A DNA stretch of 64,000 nt from a bacterium (GCA_041946805.1 JBHGBC010000003.1:32001-96000); one strand, 5' to 3'; counted from the first letter of the stretch, positions 37,246 through 47,215 are shown. Notes: generated by a model from the letters alone, not told the origin. A program made the numbers and translations.

Positions 37246-40182
37246 ATGAGTTCATGGCATGTTGAGGGCATGGCAATACGGCGGGAGGATGGGTTTTCAA
37301 GCACTTTTCCGTTACCACGCGGTGGTTCTTGTCCTGAGACGGCCTCCACTGGCCCCCGGGAACGGACGAGGGATCCATGGGAGACACCCGCCCGGCGGGC
37401 CTTCCACTTCCTGACCAGTATTCTGTTACTCGCGGTATTTTGTGTCTCTTCCCCCGCGCAGATCAACCAGTACCACTTTACTCGTTTCACCCCCAACGAG
37501 GGATTGCCGGACAGCAACGTCCACCGCATCATCCAGGACGCGCAAGGGTACATGTGGTTCGGAACCGCCAACGGCCTGTGCCGGTATGACGGATACGAAT
37601 TCACGGTCTACAAGCACCAGTTCCAGGATCCCCGCTCCCTGTCGGACAACTTTGTCTCCTCGCTGTTTGCGGATTCCCAGGGACGGCTGTGGGCAGGCAC
37701 GCAAAACGGCTTGAACCGATTCGATCCCGCCACGGAATCGTTTCAGACCTTTTTAGTCCAAGCCAGCGAGGCTTCGGGGCAACCCGTCTTTGTGAGCGCG
37801 ATCCTGGAAGACGGCGGCGGGGGCCTGTGGGTAGGCACCGAGGACGGCTTATACCAGTTCCATCCGGACCAGGGCATCTTGAACCAGTATACTCACGATC
37901 CAGCGAATCCGGATTCCATCTCCTCCAGCCATGTCACAACGCTCCTGCGTGACTCGCGCGGCGTGCTCTGGATTGGCACCAGCGGCGGCGGATTGAACCA
38001 GATGGACGAATCGACCCGCCGTTTCACCCATTACAAACACCGGAAGGACGATCCTTCCTCGCTCTCCTCGAATTTCGTGATGTACCTGCTGGCAGACCGG
38101 GACGGGACGTTATGGATCGGGACCTGGAACGGCGGTTTGAACCGGATGAACCGGGAGACCGGGACTTTTACCGCCCTGCCCGAATTCAAGGACATGAAGA
38201 TCACATCCCTATTGAAGGACCACGACCAGCATTTGTGGGTGGGGACGTGGGCCCACGGTCTTTTCTATCTGGATTCGCAGCTCGGCCGCACGGTCCAATT
38301 CATGCACGATCCCACCCAATCCCAGAGTTTGAGCAGCAACACGATCGACTGCCTGTGGGAAGACCGGTCGGGAATGATCTGGGCGGGAACCATCGGCGGC
38401 GGCATCAACCAATGCCACCGTCAGATCGGCCGCTTCGTCAATTACTCCCACTCCCTGGATTCCAACAGCCTGTCCGCCGATATCGTGTATTCCCTGTGGG
38501 AAGACCGGGAGGGGATTCTATGGGTGGGGACTTATGAAGGCGGACTCAACCGCCTGGACCGGCAGAGCGAGACCTTCACCCGGTACGATGTCCCAGGCGG
38601 TCCCGTCAAGGAAAAGCGTTTAAATACCGTCCTGGCTCTGTTGGAAGACAGCCGCGGCGCCTTGTGGACCGGCACGTACGGGCATGGCTTGATGTTGTTT
38701 GACCGTGACACCCAGATCTTCCACGCCCTTCCGGGCAGTGGAACGGAAGCGCCTCTCGATAAGGAAAACATCGTTCGGGCGATCGCGGAAGACCGGGACG
38801 GCTTCATCTGGTACGGAACGGATGAAACCGGCCTGCATAAGATCGATGCGGCGGGGAATTCCCTCGCCTCTTATACGCCGGCCGGTGATTCCACTACCAG
38901 TTTGAGTGACCATAACGTGACCTGCATTCTTCCGGACCGGCACGGCTACCTGTGGATCGGAACCGCGCAAGGCGGCTTGAACCGGTTCGATCCCGCCACC
39001 CAAACGTTCACCCGCTATCAAAGCGATCCTCATAACCCCGGCGCCTTGAGTTACAACAAGGTGTCTTGCCTGCATGAAGACCGGGCCGGCTTCCTTTGGA
39101 TCGGCACGGCGAACGGCTTGAACCGCCTCAATCCCGGCGCGGAGACCTTCCGGAAGTATTTAATGGCGGATGGATTGCCGGATAACAGCATCCGCGGCAT
39201 CCAGGAAGATGCGATGGGCAATCTGTGGTTGAGCACCAACCGGGGCATCAGCCGCTTTTCCCCGGCGGCGGGGATTTTCCGGAATTTCTACCAAAAAGAC
39301 GGACTGGCCACCAACGAATTCGGCAGCCGGAGTTGTTTTCAAAACCGGAAAGGCGAAATGTTCTTTGGCGGCGCGGCGGGTTTCACCGTGTTCCGTCCCG
39401 AGCGGGTAACGATCAATACTCATGTCCCTCCCGTGGTGATGACCGGATTCAGCATCATGGGTAAATCAATCTCCACCCATCAGCTCGGCGAGGACCACGC
39501 TCCGGTGAACTTATCCTTCCAGGACAAGTTCTTCACTTTCCAGTTCGCGGCGCTGGATTTCACCAACCCCGCCATGAACCAATACGCCTACCGGCTGGAG
39601 GGATTCGACCCCGATTGGGTGTATTGCGGTTCCCGCCGCTACGGCAACTACACGAACCTCAGTCCGGGTTCGTATACCCTGCGCGTGAAGGGGGCCAACA
39701 ACGACGGCGTGTGGAACGAGACGGGACTGGCGGTCCCCATCGTGGTGCATCCCCCCTTTTGGCGGACCTGGTGGTTTCTCTTGTCCTCCCTGGCCGCCCT
39801 GGGGATGTCGGTCCTGGGCGCTTACCGTAGGCGGATCGCGCGGTTCCATCGCGAACAAGCCCAACTGGAGCGGCTGATCGCCGACCGTACAGCGGAACTG
39901 CGGCGGAAAAACCAGGAACTCGAACAAAGCATCGCCCAGCGGGAAGAGGCCTTGCGCAAGGTCAAAACGCTGAGTGGATTGATTCCCATCTGCGCCTATT
40001 GTAAAAAAGTGCGAAACGACGAGGGGTATTGGAACCAGATCGAGAGCTATATCCGCGATCACTCGGATGCGGACTTCAGTCACAGCATCTGTCCCTCGTG
40101 TTTTCAAAAATTATACCCGGAATACGATGATTCGGTGGACCGTTCCACACCGGAACCGGACTCCACGCATTCCAATCCATAA
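37246..40182 (+). CDS. Periplasmic sensor with Reg_prop beta-propellers and Y_Y_Y domain, a TM, and a short Cys-rich cytoplasmic tail (no kinase domain)
   Basis: Repeated 'D-x-x-G-x-LWIGT-x-x-GL', 'YAYRLEGFDPDW...YTNLSPGSYTLRVKGANNDGVW', 'PPFWRTWWF', then 'GLIPICAYCKKVR...SHSICPSC'. Confidence 0.88.
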   Translation: MSSWHVEGMAIRREDGFSSTFPLPRGGSCPETASTGPRERTRDPWETPARRAFHFLTSILLLAVFCVSSPAQINQYHFTRFTPNEGLPDSNVHRIIQDAQGYMWFGTANGLCRYDGYEFTVYKHQFQDPRSLSDNFVSSLFADSQGRLWAGTQNGLNRFDPATESFQTFLVQASEASGQPVFVSAILEDGGGGLWVGTEDGLYQFHPDQGILNQYTHDPANPDSISSSHVTTLLRDSRGVLWIGTSGGGLNQMDESTRRFTHYKHRKDDPSSLSSNFVMYLLADRDGTLWIGTWNGGLNRMNRETGTFTALPEFKDMKITSLLKDHDQHLWVGTWAHGLFYLDSQLGRTVQFMHDPTQSQSLSSNTIDCLWEDRSGMIWAGTIGGGINQCHRQIGRFVNYSHSLDSNSLSADIVYSLWEDREGILWVGTYEGGLNRLDRQSETFTRYDVPGGPVKEKRLNTVLALLEDSRGALWTGTYGHGLMLFDRDTQIFHALPGSGTEAPLDKENIVRAIAEDRDGFIWYGTDETGLHKIDAAGNSLASYTPAGDSTTSLSDHNVTCILPDRHGYLWIGTAQGGLNRFDPATQTFTRYQSDPHNPGALSYNKVSCLHEDRAGFLWIGTANGLNRLNPGAETFRKYLMADGLPDNSIRGIQEDAMGNLWLSTNRGISRFSPAAGIFRNFYQKDGLATNEFGSRSCFQNRKGEMFFGGAAGFTVFRPERVTINTHVPPVVMTGFSIMGKSISTHQLGEDHAPVNLSFQDKFFTFQFAALDFTNPAMNQYAYRLEGFDPDWVYCGSRRYGNYTNLSPGSYTLRVKGANNDGVWNETGLAVPIVVHPPFWRTWWFLLSSLAALGMSVLGAYRRRIARFHREQAQLERLIADRTAELRRKNQELEQSIAQREEALRKVKTLSGLIPICAYCKKVRNDEGYWNQIESYIRDHSDADFSHSICPSCFQKLYPEYDDSVDRSTPEPDSTHSNP

Positions 40183-40194
40183 TACCGCTTCCCC

Positions 40195-41325
40195 ATGGCT
40201 GAACACGTTACGTCCCCTCCCATGAGCCGCTCCAAGAAACGGATTTTCGGCGCGCTGGCGGCCGCTTTGGGAACGCTGTGCGCCCTGCTGCTGGCGGAAG
40301 CCGTGCTCCAAATTCTATTCGGGCCGGTTTCACATGAAATCACCAACGCCGACCCCGTCCTGCATCATTTTTCCGGCAACAATCCCGAGACGAACGCCTT
40401 GGGATTTTACGACCGCGAATATCCAATCCAAAAACCGGCTGGAAGCCGCCGGATTATGGTTTTGGGCGACTCCCTCGTGCGGCGCACCTTCCACGAAATG
40501 AATTTCACCAAAATCCTCGAACACAAATTACAAGCCGCGCCCGGCTACGAAGGCGCGGAAGTGTGGAACTGCGGCATCGACAGCTATTCGCCGGGATTGT
40601 GCTACCTGCTGCTGAAGCACAAACTGCTCGGCGTCGATCCCGACCGGGTGGTGGTGTGCGTGTTTCTCGGCAATGACTTCAACGACGACGCCGTCTATCA
40701 GTCCCAGATGGTGCTGGACGGCCGCGGCCGGCCGGAGCGCTGCCCCCCCGACGCGCCAACGTCCGAGGCGCGGCTGGTGGCCGGCCAAGTCCCGATTCCC
40801 TTCAAGAATTTCCTGCGGTATCACTCCCGTTTGTATCGTGAATTGTCGCGGGGATACAACACCCTGCTGCATTGGCTGCGCTTCCGGGAAGGCGAATGGG
40901 AAAAAGCGGAAATCGGCCCGGACCAGACCGCGCCCATCGGCACGCTGACCGTGAAAATCAGCGAGGAAGTCTTCCAGATTCTCGCGCGGAACCTGGTGTT
41001 CACGGATGAACTGCTGCGGGAGCGGGGGATTCCCTGGCTGGTGATGCTGATCCCGCTCAACGTGGAGGTCAGCCGGGAAGTGGAGGGGGGAGAACGTCTG
41101 GACATGTATTCCGAGGAAGGCATCCGGACGGCGGACCGCAACCTGGAGAAACTGGCCGCGTTCCTGGAGAAAAAGGGCATCGCGGTGTTGAACCTGCTGC
41201 CCGCTTTCAAAGCACATACTCCACAGCCGCTCTACACCATCGACAGCCACTTCAACGAAGCCGGCCACGTCCTGGCGGCGGATATGCTGTTTCAAAAACT
41301 AACCGGCGGGAAGCAAGACGAGTAA
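40195..41325 (+). CDS. Membrane-anchored SGNH/GDSL hydrolase or O-acyltransferase-like protein
   Basis: N-terminal TM, 'NALGF', 'LGDS', 'FLGND' and 'DSHFNEAGH'. Confidence 0.82.
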   Translation: MAEHVTSPPMSRSKKRIFGALAAALGTLCALLLAEAVLQILFGPVSHEITNADPVLHHFSGNNPETNALGFYDREYPIQKPAGSRRIMVLGDSLVRRTFHEMNFTKILEHKLQAAPGYEGAEVWNCGIDSYSPGLCYLLLKHKLLGVDPDRVVVCVFLGNDFNDDAVYQSQMVLDGRGRPERCPPDAPTSEARLVAGQVPIPFKNFLRYHSRLYRELSRGYNTLLHWLRFREGEWEKAEIGPDQTAPIGTLTVKISEEVFQILARNLVFTDELLRERGIPWLVMLIPLNVEVSREVEGGERLDMYSEEGIRTADRNLEKLAAFLEKKGIAVLNLLPAFKAHTPQPLYTIDSHFNEAGHVLAADMLFQKLTGGKQDE

Positions 41326-41367
41326 TTGGATTGGATTTCTGGTTCAACTGAATAATCTCTCAGGGAT

Positions 41368-41495
41368 GTCATCCCCGCGAAAGCGGGGATCCAGCGCCGT
41401 TTTGATGTGGGGCTTGTATCCCGCACGTATTCCGCAGGGGCACGTGGCAACGTGCCCCTACATGTTATCGGGCGGACACCTAGGTCCGCCCCTAC
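41368..41495. repeat. Cluster of three REP-like palindromes
   Basis: ATCCCCGC-type at 41368-41394, GCAGGGGCACG-type at 41434-41461 and GGGCGGAC-type at 41470-41495. Confidence 0.8.
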
Positions 41496-41546
41496 GAACT
41501 TCCGCGTCCAGCCCCCGATTGGTTTAAAAATCCCGAGGGATGACAT

Positions 41547-42815
41547 TCACTTCCCTACCGGAGCCGCCGATTCCGGCGGGGTAAACTCATCCGCGCCCAG
41601 ATCGGGACGGGGGCCGCGCGGCTGGCCGTCGAGGTCGTCCGTCACTTCGGGCAGAGGACGGCCTGCATCGATGGCCGTGGACGCAGCGTTTTTGAAATGC
41701 AAGTCACCGCGCGCGGGATCCATGAAATCACCAGTGAAATCGCCCTGGAGATTGCCGGCAGCCTCGATGACGCTGTCCGATTCCACCCGCATGGGCGGCC
41801 CGCTGAGCAGGTTGTTGAGGACGCGCAGGCCCGGATTGTCGTGGACCACGCGGATCAACCGCTGCAGGCGGCTGTCCGGATCGTGGATGGTGTTGTGCAG
41901 GATTAGGCAGTCCCGGGTATAATCGGCGAGGATGCCGCTTTCGGGCGTGTTGGTGATGAAGTTGTTGCGCACGATCATGCGCGTGCCGTGGACCTGGCTC
42001 TCCCCTTCCCCGATGCCGCTGGAATTGCCGAGCGCGATGCCCACGTCGCAATTCACGATGATGTTGCCCTCGATCACGCAATCCTCCGCGTGGTGCCATA
42101 GGAAGACGCAGCCCCGGCCCTCGCGCGTGCGGCCTTGGATATTGAGGAACACGTTGCCGCGGATGGTCCAGCCCTTGGCGTACATGGTGTCGATGCCGCC
42201 GATGTAATTGCCGTTGAAGGTGGCGGGCGTGTCGGCGGGATCGTCCTCGAAGCGCTTGGGGTGGTCATTGTAGAACAGGCAATACTGGACTATGCAATTC
42301 TTGGGGCGGATGATTTCACGATTGGTCTCGGGAATTTTGACCGACTTCACGCCGCGCTGCCAGATGTTGTGGATCACGCAGTTGTGAACCGTCAGTTCCT
42401 GCACGTTTTTGTCGGAATTGATTTTGAAGCCGTTCCACTTGATGTTCTGGATGGTGAGATCGGCAATGGTCACGCCCGAACAGGCGGTAATGCCCACCAG
42501 TTCGCCGTGCAGGCTCCGCGCGCCGTCGAGGATCACGTCGTCCCGGCGGCCGGTTGCTCCACGGAGAGTGACATTGTCCGTGTGGATCTCGAAATAGCGG
42601 GTCATGAAATAATGGCCGGGGGCGATGAGGATGGTCCCGCCGGGCGGAACGGAATCCGCCGCGCGGAACAGCTCGTCCACGCTGGCCACACGGAGGACTT
42701 CGCCCCGGGGCGGCGGCAGCGCGGGCGCCTGGGGAAACCAGGGCTGGTTGGGAATCTCGAAATTCTCAGCCAACACGGCGGAAGGAAGGAATAATAATAG
42801 AAGAAGCGAACGCAT
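41547..42815 (-). CDS. Secreted right-handed beta-helix protein
   Basis: RBS GAGGGAG, ATG at 42815, signal peptide ending in VLA, beta-helix turns, and C-terminal 'AIDAG...DLDGQPR...PDLGADE'. Confidence 0.82.
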   Translation of the reverse strand: MRSLLLLLFLPSAVLAENFEIPNQPWFPQAPALPPPRGEVLRVASVDELFRAADSVPPGGTILIAPGHYFMTRYFEIHTDNVTLRGATGRRDDVILDGARSLHGELVGITACSGVTIADLTIQNIKWNGFKINSDKNVQELTVHNCVIHNIWQRGVKSVKIPETNREIIRPKNCIVQYCLFYNDHPKRFEDDPADTPATFNGNYIGGIDTMYAKGWTIRGNVFLNIQGRTREGRGCVFLWHHAEDCVIEGNIIVNCDVGIALGNSSGIGEGESQVHGTRMIVRNNFITNTPESGILADYTRDCLILHNTIHDPDSRLQRLIRVVHDNPGLRVLNNLLSGPPMRVESDSVIEAAGNLQGDFTGDFMDPARGDLHFKNAASTAIDAGRPLPEVTDDLDGQPRGPRPDLGADEFTPPESAAPVGK

Positions 42816-42959
42816 TCTAAATTCTCCCTCATCACTTTTATCCAAAAGTCCATCCTTACCGTAAAAGAAGCATTCCGTGTGGGCAAGGGTGCTTGTGGAC
42901 GCTCTCGCGGACACAGCCGGGCGGTCTTCACCGAGTAGCGTAGCCCACCACGTGAAACG

Positions 42960-43040
42960 GGGAGGGCAAGGCTCCCGCCGAGCCGCCTACTTACGCGACG
43001 CTAACGATTGTCCATGGCCCACCCGGAGGTTCGCCCTCCC
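42960..43040. repeat. Inverted REP doublet GGGAGGGC...GAGCC / GGC...GCCCTCCC
   Basis: Arms at 42960-42986 and 43016-43040; a single arm also occurs at 55442-55466. Confidence 0.65.
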
Positions 43041-43159
43041 ATAAAGCGGTTCCTCACTCCCTCTTCTGCTCCCCTTTTCCCACGTGGGAGAGGGTTGGGG
43101 GTGAGAGAAATGGGTACGGACAGACCTTGTTTCTCGAATCCGTTCCCTTCTTTGGGATT

Positions 43160-44464
43160 TTACGAAGATTGGTTGATTTCCCGCAGGTCGAGGACCGTGT
43201 CACGCCCTTCGAGGCTCTTGGGCTCCACCAGTTTGATCACCGGCTTGAGATGCAAGCGCTCGAAGATGGTTTCCTCGATACGCTCCCGTAATGTCTCGAG
43301 GGGACCGAGGCTGTCGATGAAGATATCGGGGGTGATTTCCACCTCCACTTCGAGGCGGTCGCGGGTTTCTTCCCGCTGGATGACCAACCGGTAGTGGGAC
43401 GAAACATGTTCCATCTGCGAGAGCACCATGCCGATCTCGGAGGGAGTGAACTCGACGCCTTCGACCACCAGCATGTCGTCGGTGCGGTGAGTGACATTTT
43501 CCATGCGCGCGAGGGTGCGGCCGCACGGACACGGACCGGCGTTCAAGGCGGAACTCACGCCGGTGCGGAAACGGATCAGGGGGAAGGCCTCGCGCGTCAG
43601 GGTGGTAAGCACCAGTTCGCCGCGCTGGCCGGGAGGCAACACGCGGCCGGTTGGGGGATCGATGATCTCGGCCAGAAAATGGTCCTCGTTGATATGCAAG
43701 CCGTTCTTGGCCTCGCACTCGAAGGCGATGCCGGGCATGCAGATTTCACTGACGCCGTAATTGCCGTAGACATCCACGAAGAGATTTTCCTCCACCTGTT
43801 TGCGGGTGCGGTTGGACCAGCTTTCGCCGACGAAGACGATGGCGCGCAAAAACAGCGACTTGGGATCCGCCTGATGTTCCCGCAGATAGCGGACGATATG
43901 CACGGCGCGGGTGGGTGTACAGATCAGCACGGTGGCGCGGTAGTTGCGCATGATGGTGATCTGGTCGGCGATGGGCATGTTGTACAACGGAGTGACGCAC
44001 GCGCCCAGCTGCTCGGCCCCGTAATGGGCGACCACCGCGCCGGGGAACAGGGTGTAGTCGAGATAGACCTGGACCATGTCGTTCTGGGTGATCTGGGCGG
44101 CGGCGAAACCCCGCGCCTTGACGTGGGTCCAGGCCAGGATGTCGTTCTTGGTGTGGCCGATGACGATGGGTTCGCCCCAGCGGACGGAGTGACTGGGATG
44201 CAGGCGCACCACTTCCCGCAGGGGGACGGCGAACATGCCGTAGGGGTGGTTTTCCGCGAGGGTCTGGCGGTCGATAAGAGGCAGTTGGGGCAAGTCATCG
44301 AGGGAGCGGAAATCGCTGGGGAGGATGTCCGACCGCTTGAACGTCTCCTGGTAGTACGTCACGTTGCGGACCACGCGGTTCAATACGGCCTGCAAGCGCT
44401 CCAACTGCAACTGGCGCAGATCGGAGCGGTTCATGCACTCGTACTTGGGTTCCAGAATGGGCAT
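43160..44464 (-). CDS. paaK: Phenylacetate-CoA ligase (PaaK) homolog with degenerate adenylation motifs
   Basis: 'LQLERLQ', 'YGMFAVP', 'CTPT', 'YGVSE', 'GLHINEDHF', 'GELVLTTLTREAFPLIR', 'CPCGRT' and 'RTDDML'. Confidence 0.8.
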   Translation of the reverse strand: MPILEPKYECMNRSDLRQLQLERLQAVLNRVVRNVTYYQETFKRSDILPSDFRSLDDLPQLPLIDRQTLAENHPYGMFAVPLREVVRLHPSHSVRWGEPIVIGHTKNDILAWTHVKARGFAAAQITQNDMVQVYLDYTLFPGAVVAHYGAEQLGACVTPLYNMPIADQITIMRNYRATVLICTPTRAVHIVRYLREHQADPKSLFLRAIVFVGESWSNRTRKQVEENLFVDVYGNYGVSEICMPGIAFECEAKNGLHINEDHFLAEIIDPPTGRVLPPGQRGELVLTTLTREAFPLIRFRTGVSSALNAGPCPCGRTLARMENVTHRTDDMLVVEGVEFTPSEIGMVLSQMEHVSSHYRLVIQREETRDRLEVEVEITPDIFIDSLGPLETLRERIEETIFERLHLKPVIKLVEPKSLEGRDTVLDLREINQSS

Positions 44465-44478
44465 GATGGGCTTTCCTC

Positions 44479-45213
44479 CTACTCCCAAATTTCCCGGTAG
44501 CCTTTGCCGAGGTAGGCGCGCTCGATCTCGCGGTTGCGCCGCAAATCCCGGCACTCGCCTTCCATGACGATTTGCCCGGTTTCGACCACGTAGCCCCGGT
44601 TGGCGGTCTCGAGGGCGAGGCGGGCGTTTTGCTCGACCAGCACGACCGTGAGGTTTTGCCGGCGCAGCCGCTCGATGGTCTGAAAAATCTCCTCGACGAT
44701 CTTCGGGGCGAGGCCCATGGACGGCTCGTCGAGCAGCAGCAGTTTGGGATTGGCCATCAGGGCGCGGGCGATGGCCAGCATCTGTTGCTGTCCCCCGCTG
44801 AGAGTGCCCGCCAGCTGATGGGCGCGGCCGCGGAGAATGGGAAACAACTCCAGCACGCTTTCCATGCGCGCCTCGATCTCGGATTTCGTGGAACGGCCGG
44901 CGTAGTGATACGCCCCCAAGGCCAGGTTGTCGGTCACGCTCAGGGGCGCGAAGAGCTGGCGGCCCTCCGGCACCAGCGAGATGCCCAGGCGCACGATGCG
45001 GGCGGGCGGAAGGCGGGTAATCTCCACTCCCTGGAACAATAGTTGGCCCGCGCGGACGGGAACCAGGCCGGCAATCGTGTTCAGCAGGGTGCTTTTCCCC
45101 GCCCCGTTGCCGCCGATGAGGGTCACGATCTCGCCTTCCTGGACGTGGAGGGAAACTCCCTTGAGAATCTCCACCCGCCCGATGGCGCTAACCAGGTTCG
45201 TGATTCGCAGCAC
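44479..45213 (-). CDS. livF: Branched-chain amino acid-type ABC transporter ATPase
   Basis: 'GGNGAGKST', 'VPEGRQLF', 'LSGGQQQMLAIARALM' and 'DEPSMGLAP'; GTG start. Confidence 0.9.
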   Translation of the reverse strand: MLRITNLVSAIGRVEILKGVSLHVQEGEIVTLIGGNGAGKSTLLNTIAGLVPVRAGQLLFQGVEITRLPPARIVRLGISLVPEGRQLFAPLSVTDNLALGAYHYAGRSTKSEIEARMESVLELFPILRGRAHQLAGTLSGGQQQMLAIARALMANPKLLLLDEPSMGLAPKIVEEIFQTIERLRRQNLTVVLVEQNARLALETANRGYVVETGQIVMEGECRDLRRNREIERAYLGKGYREIWE

Positions 45214-45982
45214 GCGGTTGGCTCTCCTTTCCCAGGTAAGCGGCGATGACGTCCTCGTTTTTCTGCACGTCACGCGGCGTGCCTTCCGCGATCTTTTCCC
45301 CGAAATTCAGCACGCACACCTCATCGGAAATATCCATGACCAGGGACATGTCGTGTTCGATGATCATGACCGTGACACCCGTGCCCTGGATTTTGCGGAT
45401 CAACCCGCCCATTTCTTCCGTCTCGCGGATGTTGAGGCCGGCCGCCGGCTCATCGAGCAGCAGCAGATGGGGCTCGGCGGCCAACGCCCGGGCGATTTCG
45501 GTCTTGCGGTGAATCACGAAGGGCAGGTCTCCGGGCAATGAATTGAAACCGTGATCGACACCGGTGAAGGCCAGCCACTCGCGGGCCTGCTCGCGGATCT
45601 GCTTCTCCTCCCGACGGGCGGCGGGTGTCTGGAAGGCGGTCCGGAGAAATCCGCAGGACGATTTGGCGTGCCGTCCGGCCATCACGTTTTCGAGGATGGT
45701 CATGTTATGAAAAATCGCGGCGGTCTGGAACGTGCGGGAAACGCCCAACGCAGAAATCACATGCGGTTTGCAGCCGTTCACCAGCCGGCCGGCGAAGTGA
45801 ATGATCCCCTCGGAGACCGGGAGGATGCCACTGATCAGGTTGAATAGCGTGGTCTTCCCCGCGCCATTGGGGCCGATCACCGCCTGGATCCGGCCGGGCC
45901 AAACCGACAGGGAGACGCCGGATACCGCCGTCACGCCTCCGAAGCGGCGGGTGACATTCGTCAGGTCGAGAAGAGGCGCCAT
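45188..45982 (-). CDS. livG: Branched-chain amino acid-type ABC transporter ATPase
   Basis: 'FGGVTAV', 'GPNGAGKTT', 'RTFQ', 'DEPAAGLN', 'IEHDM' and 'AYLG'. Confidence 0.9.
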   Translation of the reverse strand: MAPLLDLTNVTRRFGGVTAVSGVSLSVWPGRIQAVIGPNGAGKTTLFNLISGILPVSEGIIHFAGRLVNGCKPHVISALGVSRTFQTAAIFHNMTILENVMAGRHAKSSCGFLRTAFQTPAARREEKQIREQAREWLAFTGVDHGFNSLPGDLPFVIHRKTEIARALAAEPHLLLLDEPAAGLNIRETEEMGGLIRKIQGTGVTVMIIEHDMSLVMDISDEVCVLNFGEKIAEGTPRDVQKNEDVIAAYLGKESQPRAANHEPG

Positions 45983-45987
45983 GCCGT

Positions 45988-46974
45988 TCACGCGCGGTCC
46001 GCTTTCCATCCCCTGCGGGCGGAACCGGCCGACAACCGGCGGATCCACCCGCTGCCATTCACCACCCACCCAAACAAGCCCCGTGGCGCGAAAATCATGA
46101 TCAGCATCAGGATCATCCCATAGACCAGGATATCCAAATCCTCGAAGACGGTCAAAAACTCAGGGAGAATTGTCAATACAGCGGCTCCCAGCAAGGCGCC
46201 CCAAACGCTGGTCATCCCTCCCACGGCCACCATCACCACCAGGATGACCGAAAACTTGATCTCGCAGATGGTCGGACTGACGAAAGTGACATAATGGGCG
46301 TAGAGGCCGCCGGCCAGCGCGGCGAGGACGGCGCTGAGCACGAAGACCTGCACTTTGTACGCGGCGGTGTTGATCCCCATGGCGTTGGCCGCTGTCTCGC
46401 CGCCATGGATCGAGCGCAACGCCCGGCCCACCCGCGAATGAATGAGATTCAACGCACCAGCCAGCGCCACGATTACCAAAATCCAGACAAAATAATAGAA
46501 AATCAGGTCGTCTTTCAGGGGAAATCCGAGAATGGAAAGGCGGGGAATCTGGCCGAAGCCGGAAGGCCCGCCGGTCAGCTCCACTTCCGCGTTGAAGGCG
46601 ATGACGACGATTTCTCCAAAGGCCAGCGTGGCCATCGCCAGATAATGACCGCGCAGACGCAGGGAGGGTATTCCGATCAGCATGGCGGCCAGGGCCGTCA
46701 AACCCAGGGCGGCGGCCAGCGAGAACCACGGATTCCAATGGAGCAGAGTGGAAAGGAGGCCGGAAATGTAGGCGCCCAGGCCGAAAAATCCCCCATGGCC
46801 CAGCGATATCTGGCCGGCGTACCCCATCAGCAGGCTCAGGCCGATGGCGATCAGTCCATGCAGCCCCACGAACACGAAGACATTGATCCAATAACTATGA
46901 ATCCCGATCACCCATGGCCAAACCGCCATCAGGAGAATCAATACAACCAGCGCGGTGAGATTATGCCGTCCCAT
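45988..46974 (-). CDS. livM: Branched-chain amino acid-type ABC transporter permease
   Basis: 'GYAGQISLGHGGFFGLGAY', 'LRLRGHYLAMATLAF' and 'SRVGRAL'. Confidence 0.9.
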   Translation of the reverse strand: MGRHNLTALVVLILLMAVWPWVIGIHSYWINVFVFVGLHGLIAIGLSLLMGYAGQISLGHGGFFGLGAYISGLLSTLLHWNPWFSLAAALGLTALAAMLIGIPSLRLRGHYLAMATLAFGEIVVIAFNAEVELTGGPSGFGQIPRLSILGFPLKDDLIFYYFVWILVIVALAGALNLIHSRVGRALRSIHGGETAANAMGINTAAYKVQVFVLSAVLAALAGGLYAHYVTFVSPTICEIKFSVILVVMVAVGGMTSVWGALLGAAVLTILPEFLTVFEDLDILVYGMILMLIMIFAPRGLFGWVVNGSGWIRRLSAGSARRGWKADRA

Positions 46975-47005
46975 GAGATCCGCGTATGCCCAATCTTGAT
47001 GGATT

Positions 47006-47215
47006 GTAACTGTTTACTCAATTGCCGAGAAAAGAAAAATTCCGCCCTTTCCGGGCTTCCCTCACCCTAGCTCTCTCCCAGAGGGAGAAGGAATTAATAC
47101 TTTTATCGTCTTTTCCCCAGGACGTTGCCCTGGGCTAACTTCTTCCGCGCCGTTGGCGCTTGCATCACAGTGCTGAATTTCAGTGAATCCTGTATTACGA
47201 AAACTCGACGGAACC
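47006..47215 (+). mobile_element. Composite MITE-like element with a type-A left end and a type-B right end, between livH and livM
   Basis: Starts GTAACTGTTTACTCAAT like 27505 and ends AAAACTCGACGGAACC like 30930-30945. Confidence 0.68.
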
